From Patescibacteria group bacterium (GTDB lineage Bacteria > Patescibacteriota > Patescibacteriia > 2-01-FULL-39-33): DNA of 32,000 nt. Location of the stretch: assembly GCA_041649575.1 (NCBI GenBank), contig JBAZMW010000002.1, forward strand, positions 150,001 to 182,000, read 5' to 3'. Under the pieces are notes generated by a model. That model was not told the DNA's origin, did no database searches, and saw only the letters and a program-made list of their open reading frames with translations. Shown piece by piece: positions 23,876-32,000 of the stretch. Made by a program: the position numbers and the translations under genes. How positions within the stretch are numbered: the first letter of the stretch is position 1; every line of letters starts with the position of its first letter.

Positions 23876-26344
23876 ATGAACCTCAATATCTCCTACAACT
23901 GGCTCAAAGAATATGTCAAGACAGACTTGATGGCTCATGAGTTTGCCAAAAAATTGTCTCTGTCTGGTCCTTCGGTTGACAGAATCAAAAAAGTCGGGGC
24001 GAATTTTGATAAGGTGGTGGTTGGCAAGATGCTGGAAATTAGCAAACACCCCAACGCCGACAAGTTAAATGTGGCCAAGATAGACATCGGTAAAAAAGAA
24101 CCCATTCAGGTTATTTTTGGACAGATGGCGGTGTTGAAAGTCGGGGATCAGTTACCGGTCGCTGTGGCGCCAACCAAGCTGCCTGGCGGCATAGAAATAT
24201 TGGAAAGGGAAATGCGAGGCGTCAAATCACAAGGGATGTGTTGCCTGGACAGTGAGCTGGGTTTGTCCGATCAAGACAAGGTGACGTTTTTTCCGGCAAA
24301 GATAAAACCAGGAACTCCGATCGCCCAGGCACTGGAATTGAAAGAAGATTATATTTTGGATATCGAGGTCACTTCCAACCGGCCCGATGCCATGAGTGTT
24401 ATTGGTATTGCTCGTGAAGCCGCGGCCATACTTGGCGACAAATTTTTATATCAGGAGCCCAAAGGATTGCCACCAGTCTCGCCGAGCCTAGGCGGACGGT
24501 CGCGTCGCTCCCTCGCAATGACATTAAAAGTCACCGTCAAAGAGCCAAAGCTTTGCCCGCGCTACCAGGCGGCAGTGATGACCGGCGTCAAAGTCGAACC
24601 GTCACCACTTTGGATGCAGCAGCGATTATTGGCTTCCGGCTTGCGGCCAATCAATAATTTAGTCGACATTACTAATTATATTTTGTTGGAATTCGGACAG
24701 CCGATGCATGTTTTTGATTATGATAAACTGGCCGCCGCCGAGATTAATGTGCGCCTGGCTAAAAAAGGCGAGACTATCTTGGCGCTTGATGGCAAGGAAT
24801 ATGAATTGGATGAAAAAGTGTTAATTGTTGCCGATGGCAAGAATCCTTGCGCTGTTGGTGGCATAATGGGTGGCGAATTATCCGGCGCAACCGGTATAAC
24901 CAAAAACGTAGTTTTGGAGGTTGGTAATTGGGACCCAGTTAACATCAGAAAGACCGCCAGAGTCCTAAATTTGCATTCAGAAAGCTCTGATTTATACGAG
25001 AAGGGTCTAAGCCCGGAAGGCACCCAATCGGCTCTCTTACGGGCCATGGAGCTGGTCGAGGATTTGGCCAGTGGCCAATTGGCCGGAGAAATCATTGATA
25101 TTAATAATTACAAACATAAGGTTAAAGAAATAAAACTGGACACAGCCAATGTCAGTCGCTTTTTGGGCGTGACTATCACAAACTCACAAATTAAAGAAAG
25201 TCTAGACTCTTTGGGTTTTGAAGTTTACCCTGTTAAATCCCGCTCTAAGCGGGACGGCTCTGCCGTACTTAACGGGGTAAAAGTGCCCTGGTGGCGTGAT
25301 CGGGATATGGAAGGCGAACATGACCTGATCGAAGAAGTGGCGCGGCTTTATGGCTATCATAATTTGCCCACCAAGTTAATGGCCGGCGACCTGCTTTCCG
25401 CTGTCATTCCGAGCGAAGTCGAGAAATCCCTTAATTTTTATTGGCAAGACAAGGTAAAGGACATTTTGGCCGGCTTTGGTCTGACCGAGATTTATACCTA
25501 CTCCTTCATCTCCGAAAAGCAAATTAATAATTGCCGCTTAAACGCCTCGGCCCATCTGAAAATTTCCAACCCCTTGAGCGCTGATTTTGAATACCTGCGC
25601 ACTTCGCTCTTACCCGGCGCTTTGCAGATTATTATCGAAAATGCCGGCTTTTTTTCAGAGGTCAAGTTATTTGATCTATCCAATGTTTATTTGCCGGTTA
25701 AAAAAGATGATTTGCCTCTGGAAAAAACAACGCTTCTTGTCATCGTTTCCGCCAAAAGCGGGAAAGCGGCCCTAAATGAAGCCAAAGGTATTTTTGAAGG
25801 CTTACTAAAACGTCTGAATATTTCCGATTTTAAATATTTAAAAGCTGACAATGCCGAAGGTGTTTATTGTCCGCCGAATTCGCGGATTATCGTGGCAGAA
25901 AAGGGGATTGGCAGTATTAGTCTGGTTGAGCCGAAAGTCTTAGCGGCTTTTGGCGTCAAAAACGACGTGGCCTTTATCGAGGTGGAGTTTGAAGCCATTG
26001 CTTCTCAAGCCAAATCCGCTCCTGCCTATCACTCGATTCCCAAGTTTCCGGCCATTGAGCTTGATCTGTCAATGGAAGTTGATAATGTCATTACTTTTAC
26101 CGAAGTGGCCAATGTTGCCAGCGATGCCGGCGCGCCTTTGGTTGAAAAAGTCGATTTCCTGTCAGTTTATCAGGGAGATCCGTCCCAGGCCGAGGCCAAG
26201 AAGCTGGCTGTAAATAAAAAAGCTTTGGCTATTAGAATCGTTTACCGCGATTTAAACAAAACCCTGGAGCTGGCCGAAGCGCAGGCCGCGCATCAAAAAA
26301 TTGTTGCCGCTCTGAAAAAGGGGTATAATATAAAAGTGAGATAG
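23876..26344 (+). CDS. pheT: Phenylalanyl-tRNA synthetase beta subunit
   Basis: 'MNLNISYNWLKEYV', 'GVKSQGMCCLDSELGL', 'VTSNRPDAMSVIGIAREAAAILG', 'KVPWWRDRDMEGEHDLIEEVARLYGYHNLPT', C-terminal FDX-ACB-like domain. Confidence 0.95.
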   Translation: MNLNISYNWLKEYVKTDLMAHEFAKKLSLSGPSVDRIKKVGANFDKVVVGKMLEISKHPNADKLNVAKIDIGKKEPIQVIFGQMAVLKVGDQLPVAVAPTKLPGGIEILEREMRGVKSQGMCCLDSELGLSDQDKVTFFPAKIKPGTPIAQALELKEDYILDIEVTSNRPDAMSVIGIAREAAAILGDKFLYQEPKGLPPVSPSLGGRSRRSLAMTLKVTVKEPKLCPRYQAAVMTGVKVEPSPLWMQQRLLASGLRPINNLVDITNYILLEFGQPMHVFDYDKLAAAEINVRLAKKGETILALDGKEYELDEKVLIVADGKNPCAVGGIMGGELSGATGITKNVVLEVGNWDPVNIRKTARVLNLHSESSDLYEKGLSPEGTQSALLRAMELVEDLASGQLAGEIIDINNYKHKVKEIKLDTANVSRFLGVTITNSQIKESLDSLGFEVYPVKSRSKRDGSAVLNGVKVPWWRDRDMEGEHDLIEEVARLYGYHNLPTKLMAGDLLSAVIPSEVEKSLNFYWQDKVKDILAGFGLTEIYTYSFISEKQINNCRLNASAHLKISNPLSADFEYLRTSLLPGALQIIIENAGFFSEVKLFDLSNVYLPVKKDDLPLEKTTLLVIVSAKSGKAALNEAKGIFEGLLKRLNISDFKYLKADNAEGVYCPPNSRIIVAEKGIGSISLVEPKVLAAFGVKNDVAFIEVEFEAIASQAKSAPAYHSIPKFPAIELDLSMEVDNVITFTEVANVASDAGAPLVEKVDFLSVYQGDPSQAEAKKLAVNKKALAIRIVYRDLNKTLELAEAQAAHQKIVAALKKGYNIKVR
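24470..24530 (+). repeat. Dispersed REP-like element fragment inside pheT
   Basis: Reverse strand reads gtcattgcgagggagcgacgcgaccg...ggcaatcc. Translates as PPVSPSLGGRSRRSLAMT, foreign to PheT. Confidence 0.7.
25228..25277 (+). repeat. Cruciform-like palindromic element inside pheT
   Basis: ccctgttaa ... ttaacgggg (9-bp outer stem, one G-T) enclosing tcccgct cta agcggga and cggc tct gccg. Confidence 0.8.
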
Positions 26345-26450
26345 AAAAAGTTTTTAAAGTTCATAAAGTTAAAAGAAAGATGCTGTCAGGCTTAATAAAG
26401 ACTTTATAAACTTTTTACTTTATAAACCTTACTAACTAATTATCATTCCC

Positions 26451-26753
26451 ATGCTTGAAACATCTAAAGACCTTTTTTGGGTCGCTCTGTCGTTTGCCAT
26501 CTTCTGGGTCGGCATCGCTGCCGGGTTTGGTTGTTTTTATTTGGCGTTGGTCTTAAGAAATTTTTGGCAAATTAGCTCTAGTGTCAAGAAAAAAATCGAA
26601 GCCGTAGAAAAAATTGTCGCCGCTTTCAAGGGCAAGGTGGAGAGTACTGCCAGTTTTGTCCCGCCGCTGGTGGAAGGCGTGACCAAAATCGTCGAAGCCA
26701 TTGGCGAAAGAAAAAAGGCCAAGTCGGCAAAGAGAAAAGAAAAAAAGAAATAG
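26451..26753 (+). CDS. Small membrane protein (100 aa), single TM plus Lys-rich tail
   Basis: 'DLFWVALSFAIFWVGIAAGFGCFYLALVL...GERKKAKSAKRKEKKK'. Confidence 0.65.
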   Translation: MLETSKDLFWVALSFAIFWVGIAAGFGCFYLALVLRNFWQISSSVKKKIEAVEKIVAAFKGKVESTASFVPPLVEGVTKIVEAIGERKKAKSAKRKEKKK

Positions 26754-26769
26754 CAATATCATTTTTGTT

Positions 26770-26795
26770 AAACGGCCTTAAGCGGCCGTTTTTTG
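26770..26795 (+). terminator. Rho-independent terminator
   Basis: aaacggcc ttaagc ggccgttttttg. 8-bp perfect stem. Confidence 0.8.
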
Positions 26796-26826
26796 TGTTT
26801 TTAACATCTTTCTGTTATATTAAAGT

Positions 26827-26995
26827 GGTCGGTTGACGGGAATGACAGCCCCAAAAGGCCAAGAGTCCAGGGAAAGGTACTAGGAGCACTGACCGCTTTG
26901 AAAGCAACCGTCTAGCAAGTAAGCCAGAAGGCCTGGCTGGACGATTCTGTCGACCGATTCCGGGGAGCTCGCGGAGGCAAAAGCGGCTCCCCTTT
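26827..26995 (+). ncRNA. Candidate structured RNA or leader upstream of lysS
   Basis: tcggttgac 26829-26837 / gtcgaccga 26949-26957 long-range stem; gccag..ctggc hairpin; ggggagc 26962-26968 / gctcccc 26986-26992. G+C-rich in an AT-rich intergenic region, with no ORF. Confidence 0.5.
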
Positions 26996-27056
26996 ATCGA
27001 TCTTGATTATTTAATCCTTTTTTTGTAAAATTAAAACATTAAACCATTCCCAATTT

Positions 27057-28553
27057 ATGCCAGAAGACAAAAATAAGACCGATTTAGACGAACGCAAAAT
27101 GCGCTTGAAGCGCTTGGAAAATATCAAAAAATCGGGCAGCAATCCGTATCCGGAAAAATTTGACAAACAACAAACACTGGCCGACGCCAAAACTCTAAAA
27201 GAGGGGACCGAGGTCAAAACCGCCGGCCGCATTCTTACCATTCGCGACATGGGCAAAATTATTTTTTGCCATTTGCAAGATTTTAGCGGTAAGTTACAAG
27301 TTGTTTTGAAAGAAGATGAGGTTGGCAAAGAAAAATTAAAATGGTTTTTGGATAATTTTGATCTGGGCGATTTTGTCGGCGTGGCCGGCGAGATTTTCAC
27401 CACCAAAAAAGGTGAGATCTCCATTTTGGTTAAAAAATACGATTTTTTGGGCAAAGCGCTGTTGCCTTTGCCGGAGAAATGGCATGGCCTTAAAGACGCG
27501 GAGCTTATCTATCGCCAAAGATACTTGGATTTGGTAGCCAATGAAGAATCGATGGCGCGCTTCAAATTACGTTCAGAAATTGTCAAGGCGCTGCGCGAGT
27601 TTTATTGGGGCAGGGGATTTATCGAGGTAGAAACGCCGATTCTCTGCAATACCGCCTCCGGCGCTATTGCCAAGCCGTTTGTCACTCATTACAACGCTTT
27701 GGATTTGGACGTCTATTTGCGTATTGCTCCGGAAATTTATCTCAAAGAATGCATTATCGGCGGACTGGAAAAGGTTTTTGAAATTGGCCGCTGTTTCAGA
27801 AATGAGGGCATGGATCCGTCGCATCTGCAGGATTTTACCATGGTGGAGCATTACGCGGCTTATTGGAATTATGAGGACAACATGAAGTTCACCGAAGAAT
27901 TGATTTGCCATCTCCTGGATAAATTTTTCGGCGGCCGAAAAATAAAAATCAAGGATCGAAAAGGGGAGCTAAAAGAAGTCGATTTTATGCCGCCTTGGCC
28001 GCGGGTGAGTCTGCGGGAACTGATAAAAAAAGACAGCGGTATCGATATTGACAGAGCCGTCACCGCCGAAGAATTGGCTAAAGAAATAAAAAAGAAAAAA
28101 ATTGAAATCGAAGGCGCCGAAAGGTTGAGCCGCGGCGGCTTGATCGACTCTTTGTACAAGCAGGTTTCTCGGTCCAAGCTGATTCAGCCGACTTTTTTAA
28201 TCCAGCATCCGCTCGATTTGTCGCCACTGGCTCGGCGCAGCGACGACAATCCGGCCGTTGTCGATCGTTTTCAGCTGATTGTAAATACCTGGGAGCTTTG
28301 CAATGCTTATTCAGAATTAGTCGACCCGCTGGATCAGAAAGAAAGATTCGAAAAACAGTCAGTCGCCAAGGACGCTGGCGATAGCGAGGCCCATGGCAAA
28401 GACGATGAATTTGTGGAGGCCCTGGAGCATGGCGCGCCGCCAATTTCCGGCTGGGGTCTGGGCGTTGATCGTTTGGTGGCCTTGCTGACTCAACAGGATA
28501 ATTTGCGGGATGTTGTTTTGTTTCCCCTTATGCGACCCCAAAATAAAGAATAA
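27057..28553 (+). CDS. lysS: Lysyl-tRNA synthetase, class II
   Basis: 'YRQRYLDLVANEESMARFKLRSEIVKALREFYWGRGFIEVETPIL', 'RNEGMDPSHLQDFTMVEHY', 'GWGLGVDRLVALLTQQDNLRDVVLFPLMRP'. Confidence 0.96.
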   Translation: MPEDKNKTDLDERKMRLKRLENIKKSGSNPYPEKFDKQQTLADAKTLKEGTEVKTAGRILTIRDMGKIIFCHLQDFSGKLQVVLKEDEVGKEKLKWFLDNFDLGDFVGVAGEIFTTKKGEISILVKKYDFLGKALLPLPEKWHGLKDAELIYRQRYLDLVANEESMARFKLRSEIVKALREFYWGRGFIEVETPILCNTASGAIAKPFVTHYNALDLDVYLRIAPEIYLKECIIGGLEKVFEIGRCFRNEGMDPSHLQDFTMVEHYAAYWNYEDNMKFTEELICHLLDKFFGGRKIKIKDRKGELKEVDFMPPWPRVSLRELIKKDSGIDIDRAVTAEELAKEIKKKKIEIEGAERLSRGGLIDSLYKQVSRSKLIQPTFLIQHPLDLSPLARRSDDNPAVVDRFQLIVNTWELCNAYSELVDPLDQKERFEKQSVAKDAGDSEAHGKDDEFVEALEHGAPPISGWGLGVDRLVALLTQQDNLRDVVLFPLMRPQNKE

Positions 28554-28569
28554 AAAATAATTTAAGTTT

Positions 28570-29136
28570 ATGAAAAGAAAAAAAATTATAGTAGTTATTA
28601 TCATTGTAATCATCATTGTCGTTATTACTTTGTTTTTTATTTTTTTAAAACCACTTTCTTCTTACTTTAAATCGAAAATCCTGGATTATCAAGAGAGCCA
28701 ATGTGAGAAGCAAAACGGATTATGGTCGTGTAATGAGTCGTTTGGTGGCTGCATGGGTGGTTATGCGTGTATTTTGCCTTTTAAAGACGCCAGAAAGCCG
28801 TGTCAGAATCCAGGTCAATGCTCAGGCAAACATTGTATTTTGTCAGATGAGCAGTTGAATCAACTAAAAGTAGTACATATAAACGGATTTTTTTATTCTT
28901 ATTTTAGCAGTCAGAAAGTTCCGGTTTTTCATTCAGAATTGTGCCCGTCTTGTACCTTAGAATTTGATCCATTATATGCTACGAAATATGAAGAGTGGCC
29001 TGAAATTATGGACTTGCCGTCGGGTTTTAGTAATCAAGGGGTTTGTATCTCTTATCCGATGGGAAATTGTGATGGAATTTTGGAAATGGATAATAATAAA
29101 ATTAAAATATTAGCTAATGAATGTCTTTTTTACTAA
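28570..29136 (+). CDS. Secreted or membrane-anchored Cys-rich hypothetical protein (188 aa)
   Basis: N-terminal TM 'IIVVIIIVIIIVVITLFFIFL'. At least 10 Cys in the exported part (CEKQNGLWSCNESFGGCMGGYAC...CQNPGQCSGKHC). Confidence 0.65.
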   Translation: MKRKKIIVVIIIVIIIVVITLFFIFLKPLSSYFKSKILDYQESQCEKQNGLWSCNESFGGCMGGYACILPFKDARKPCQNPGQCSGKHCILSDEQLNQLKVVHINGFFYSYFSSQKVPVFHSELCPSCTLEFDPLYATKYEEWPEIMDLPSGFSNQGVCISYPMGNCDGILEMDNNKIKILANECLFY

Positions 29137-29137
29137 T

Positions 29138-29596
29138 ATGAAAAAACTTTTTTTTCTCCTCTTGCCGGCTGCGGTTTTAGTTTTAGCCGGTTGCGGCTCC
29201 CAGCAACCCAACGCCAACACTATCGGCGGAGTTTTGGATTTAAGTAAATCGGCCCAGGAAATACAGAAAGACAGTGCCAGCCAGTCGGCTGTCACCTCCG
29301 AGGATAACGTGGACAACATCTATAAATTCTATAATTTGAACAATCAGGTCAAGGATGAAGCGGCTGCCAAAGACGCCATCAGCCAAGGCCTGGCAGACGG
29401 CAAAAATCAGACGGAATTAAATAAAACCCTGGCCAGAGACAAAGATTTTGGTTCGGCCTATCTTTTGGGCTACACCTTTGGCTGTAAAGCCACCGGCAAA
29501 GCCGAAACGGATTGCCAAAACGAGATGGGGCAGAAGCTCTCGGAAATCATGGTGGAGGATCTGCAAAATCAAATTCCCGGCGCCACGCAGCAATAA
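29138..29596 (+). CDS. Putative lipoprotein (hypothetical)
   Basis: 'MKKLFFLLLPAAVLVLAGC' signal plus lipobox LAGC. ATG at 29138 preferred over 29117. Confidence 0.7.
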   Translation: MKKLFFLLLPAAVLVLAGCGSQQPNANTIGGVLDLSKSAQEIQKDSASQSAVTSEDNVDNIYKFYNLNNQVKDEAAAKDAISQGLADGKNQTELNKTLARDKDFGSAYLLGYTFGCKATGKAETDCQNEMGQKLSEIMVEDLQNQIPGATQQ

Positions 29597-29611
29597 TTTT
29601 ATAATAAAAAT

Positions 29612-30865
29612 ATGTTAGACATTAACAAAATTAGAAACGAACTGGAGGAAGTCAAAAAAGCCCTAGCTAAAAGAATGCCACTAGCCGCTATTGATAGCGC
29701 TTTCAAAAAAATAATTACGCTTGACAATGAGCGGCGTGAACTCTTAAAAAAATCAGAAGAACTAAAATCAGAGAGAAATATTGCCAGTAAAACCAAGCCC
29801 ACTCCGAAAATTATTGCCAAAATGAAAGCGGTGGGCGAGGAGATTCAGGGATTTGATGAAAAGTTAAAAAAAGTGGAATCAAATTTTAACGAAGCTATGG
29901 CCGAGCTGCCCAATATTCCGGCTGCTGATGTCCTGCCGGGTGGCAAAGAAAATAATCGGGTCATCAAGACCTTTGGCGAAAAGAGGGAATTCAATTTTAC
30001 ACCCAAAGATCATTACGATTTAGCTGTAGCTTTAGATATTATTGATTATGAACGCGCCGTCAAAATGTCTGGTTCCGGTTTTTGGATTTACAAAGGTGCC
30101 GGCGCCATTTTGGAATGGGCCATTTTATCGTATTTTATAAAATTCCATCAGGCTAATGGCTATATTTTCATGATCCCGCCCTTTTTGCTCACCGAGCAGT
30201 CAGCTTATACTTCCGGCCACCTGCCTAAATTCAGAGACGATTTATTTTGGACTCAAGACAAGCAGTGTCTCAATGCCACCAGCGAAATGATGTTGGGCAA
30301 TTACCATCGTGACGAAATTATTCCCGAGCAGTCGTTGCCTCTTAAATATTGCGCTTACTCGGCTTGTTTCCGGCGTGAAGCCGGCAGTTACCGCAAAGAA
30401 GAAAGGGGAATGATCCGCGGCCATCAATTTAATAAAATAGAAATGTTCCATTATACTCGGCCAGAGCAATCCTGGGATAGTTTTGCCGAGCTGGTGGCCA
30501 GTGCCGAGAAATTAGTTGAGGGTCTAGGTCTGCATTATCAATCAGTACAATTAGCAGCCGAAGACGCCAGCGCCGCCATGGCCAAAACCATTGATGTAGA
30601 GGCCTGGATTCCTAGTATGGCTAGTTATAAAGAGGTAAGCAGTGTTTCCAATGCGCTTGATTACCAGGCCAGGCGAGGCAATGTGCGTTACAAAAATAAG
30701 GAAACAGGCAAAAATGAATTTGTTCATACTCTAAATGCCTCTGGTTTGGCCACTAGCCGTTTGATTCCGGCAATTTTGGAACAACTCCAGAACGCGGACG
30801 GCTCGGTGGACGTGCCAGAAGTTTTGCAGCCATTCTGCGGTTTTGATAAAATTTTCAAGTGCTAA
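29612..30865 (+). CDS. serS: Seryl-tRNA synthetase
   Basis: 'MLDINKIRNELEEVKKALAKR', 'LPAAD'-like 'LPNIPAADVLPGG', 'YLTEQSAYTSGHLPKFRDDLF'-like motif, 'YSACFRREAGSYRKEERGMIRGHQFNKIEMF'. Confidence 0.96.
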   Translation: MLDINKIRNELEEVKKALAKRMPLAAIDSAFKKIITLDNERRELLKKSEELKSERNIASKTKPTPKIIAKMKAVGEEIQGFDEKLKKVESNFNEAMAELPNIPAADVLPGGKENNRVIKTFGEKREFNFTPKDHYDLAVALDIIDYERAVKMSGSGFWIYKGAGAILEWAILSYFIKFHQANGYIFMIPPFLLTEQSAYTSGHLPKFRDDLFWTQDKQCLNATSEMMLGNYHRDEIIPEQSLPLKYCAYSACFRREAGSYRKEERGMIRGHQFNKIEMFHYTRPEQSWDSFAELVASAEKLVEGLGLHYQSVQLAAEDASAAMAKTIDVEAWIPSMASYKEVSSVSNALDYQARRGNVRYKNKETGKNEFVHTLNASGLATSRLIPAILEQLQNADGSVDVPEVLQPFCGFDKIFKC

Positions 30866-30884
30866 GTTTTAAATGAAAATAAAA

Positions 30885-30919
30885 CGAGCTGGCCGAATCG
30901 TGTTGATTCAGCCAGCTCG
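30885..30919 (-). terminator. Rho-independent terminator, best read on minus strand
   Basis: cgagctggc...gccagctcg with inner gaatc/gattc. Followed on the minus strand by ttttatttt. Confidence 0.7.
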
Positions 30920-30938
30920 GTTGTAGCGTGGTGGCTTA

Positions 30939-31436
30939 CTATCTGAGGTGTAGAGCTTTCACCTCCGGTCCCTCACCGAAACACTTGCGTCCCGCCGGTG
31001 ACCCCGCAAGAAGCCGCAGACTGCAGGTTCGCTTGGCTTTCTCGACTTCCTCCATCAGGATTTGCAGTACGTAGAGGAGTCGGTCGACCGAGATCAACCT
31101 GGTCTTCAACTGCACACTTTCGGTCTCCACGTCGATACTGCCGACATGTTGCATCCGCCGCGTGACTTGCAGTTTGGGTCTGCGGCCCTCGACGGCTTTG
31201 ACCGCCTCCCGTGTCAAGACGATGACGTCAGAGCAGTTGAACTCCGATTCCCTCAGTCGTCGGCCGAATTCCCGGATGTGTTTTCCGTCCGTGCCGGATT
31301 CGCCATCCGGGTCAGGCATTTCGAACAGGAACATACGCTCCAAGGCTCTCCGCAGGTCATCTCGTGGGTCGATCCCGACGCTCCTCTCTTCTTCCGACAA
31401 CTCTTGTTCTCCCATTTCTGGCTTACCTTTCAGCAT
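30939..31436 (-). CDS. Hypothetical protein (165 aa), G+C-rich cassette gene
   Basis: SD GAGGAG upstream of ATG 31436, with a consensus promoter and a downstream terminator on the same strand. Confidence 0.65.
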   Translation of the reverse strand: MLKGKPEMGEQELSEEERSVGIDPRDDLRRALERMFLFEMPDPDGESGTDGKHIREFGRRLRESEFNCSDVIVLTREAVKAVEGRRPKLQVTRRMQHVGSIDVETESVQLKTRLISVDRLLYVLQILMEEVEKAKRTCSLRLLAGSPAGRKCFGEGPEVKALHLR

Positions 31437-31505
31437 ATGTTTCCTCGCTCCTCAATGTTTTCCACCATAGTCCTAGCAAGCCACCGTTGCTAAGGTACTA
31501 ATTAT

Positions 31506-31535
31506 ATTATACCCCATAAACCCAAAACTTGTCAA
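31506..31535 (-). promoter_or_regulatory. Perfect-consensus promoter TTGACA-18-TATAAT (minus strand)
   Basis: tgtcaa 31530-31535 and attata 31506-31511 on plus. Confidence 0.75.
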
Positions 31536-31540
31536 GAGAA

Positions 31541-32000
31541 ATGATAGAAGACAAAAACCAATTTAATTACCGGCCGAAAATTCAGGTCAAAAAGGATTAT
31601 TACCGCCAGCGCTTTATCAATCCTTATTTTAATAAGGATAAAAAAAATAAATACCAGGGTTTCAACACCAGATTTTATCTAAAAATTTTAGTGGCGGTTT
31701 TTTTGTTGTACCTGATAGTTTACAGTGATTTATTCAAGATAGGGGAGATAAGCATTTCCGGCACCGATATGATCAGCCAAACCGAATTTCGGCAAATGGT
31801 GGAAAAGGAAATAAATACCTGGCGTTGGCATTTTTGGCCGCAGAGGAACCAGCTTTTGCTTAGTAAAAAACGATTGGCGCAAAAGATCACCAGCCAATAC
31901 AGTCTTAGTAAGCTGGAAATAAAAAAGGGTTGGCGCCGGCTGCAAATCAATCTGGAAGAAAAAATTTCTTACCTGATGGTTTTTAATCGCGGCAAGTTTT
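31541..32000 (+). CDS. FtsQ/DivIB-like cell-division protein, 3'-truncated at window edge
   Basis: Manual translation MIEDKNQFNYRPKIQVKKDYYRQRFINPYF...FYLKILVAVFLLYLIVYSDLFKIGEISISGTDMISQTEFRQMVEKEIN: single TM then a POTRA-like 'I..I.I.G...iS...' repeat. Absent from the ORF track because no stop lies inside the window. Confidence 0.6.
   Translation, partial: MIEDKNQFNYRPKIQVKKDYYRQRFINPYFNKDKKNKYQGFNTRFYLKILVAVFLLYLIVYSDLFKIGEISISGTDMISQTEFRQMVEKEINTWRWHFWPQRNQLLLSKKRLAQKITSQYSLSKLEIKKGWRRLQINLEEKISYLMVFNRGKF

Noticed and set aside
26827-26995. Assignment as lysine riboswitch or T-box of lysS
   Set aside because: Conserved T-box AGGGTGG and lysine riboswitch core sequences were not seen. 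Left as unclassified.
31062-31493. 143-aa and 102-aa plus-strand ORFs opposite the 165-aa cassette gene
   Set aside because: Only the minus strand has the consensus promoter, SD and terminator.
1-32000. CRISPR array, tRNA genes, rRNA genes, integrase or transposase genes
   Set aside because: No regularly spaced direct repeats, no tRNA T-arm/acceptor combination, no rRNA sequence and no recombinase motif were found in manual reading. Small tRNAs could be missed without a dedicated tool.

Overview
This 32-kb window is gene-dense and looks like a Candidate Phyla Radiation (Patescibacteria) chromosome. That placement is inferred from the short AlaRS, the gene set and the Cys-motif coupling ATPase; it was not tested phylogenetically. 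The standard code with TGA as stop is used. The core content is: a TraD/HerA-like coupling ATPase with a membrane partner; three lipid genes (CarS-like, YegS/DAGK-like, PlsC-like); mnmA; alaS; a ribosomal-protein/rpoA operon (infA-rpmJ-rpsM-rpsK-rpsD-rpoA-rplQ-rplM-rpsI); a UvrD helicase fused to a PD-(D/E)XK Fe-S nuclease; a split pheS...pheT locus; lysS; serS; and an FtsQ-like gene running off the right edge that is absent from the ORF track. The most interesting signals lie between the core genes. (1) A strong promoter is followed by about 570 nt of ORF-poor, stem-rich sequence (19.23-19.80 kb). It ends in mutually exclusive hairpins next to the ribosome-binding site of a 62-aa double-CxxC mini-protein. 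(2) A second, self-contained small-RNA-like unit sits at 20.09-20.21 kb. (3) Three related nested-palindrome elements lie at 10.5, 20.65 and 23.14 kb. They share near-identical ends and variable cores. (4) A structured RNA candidate lies upstream of lysS. (5) Short palindromic elements are inserted in frame inside pheT (two) and alaS (one). (6) Several autonomous cassettes with strong promoters, long leaders, strong Shine-Dalgarno sites and terminators encode small unrecognised proteins, one of them a Cys-rich pair.
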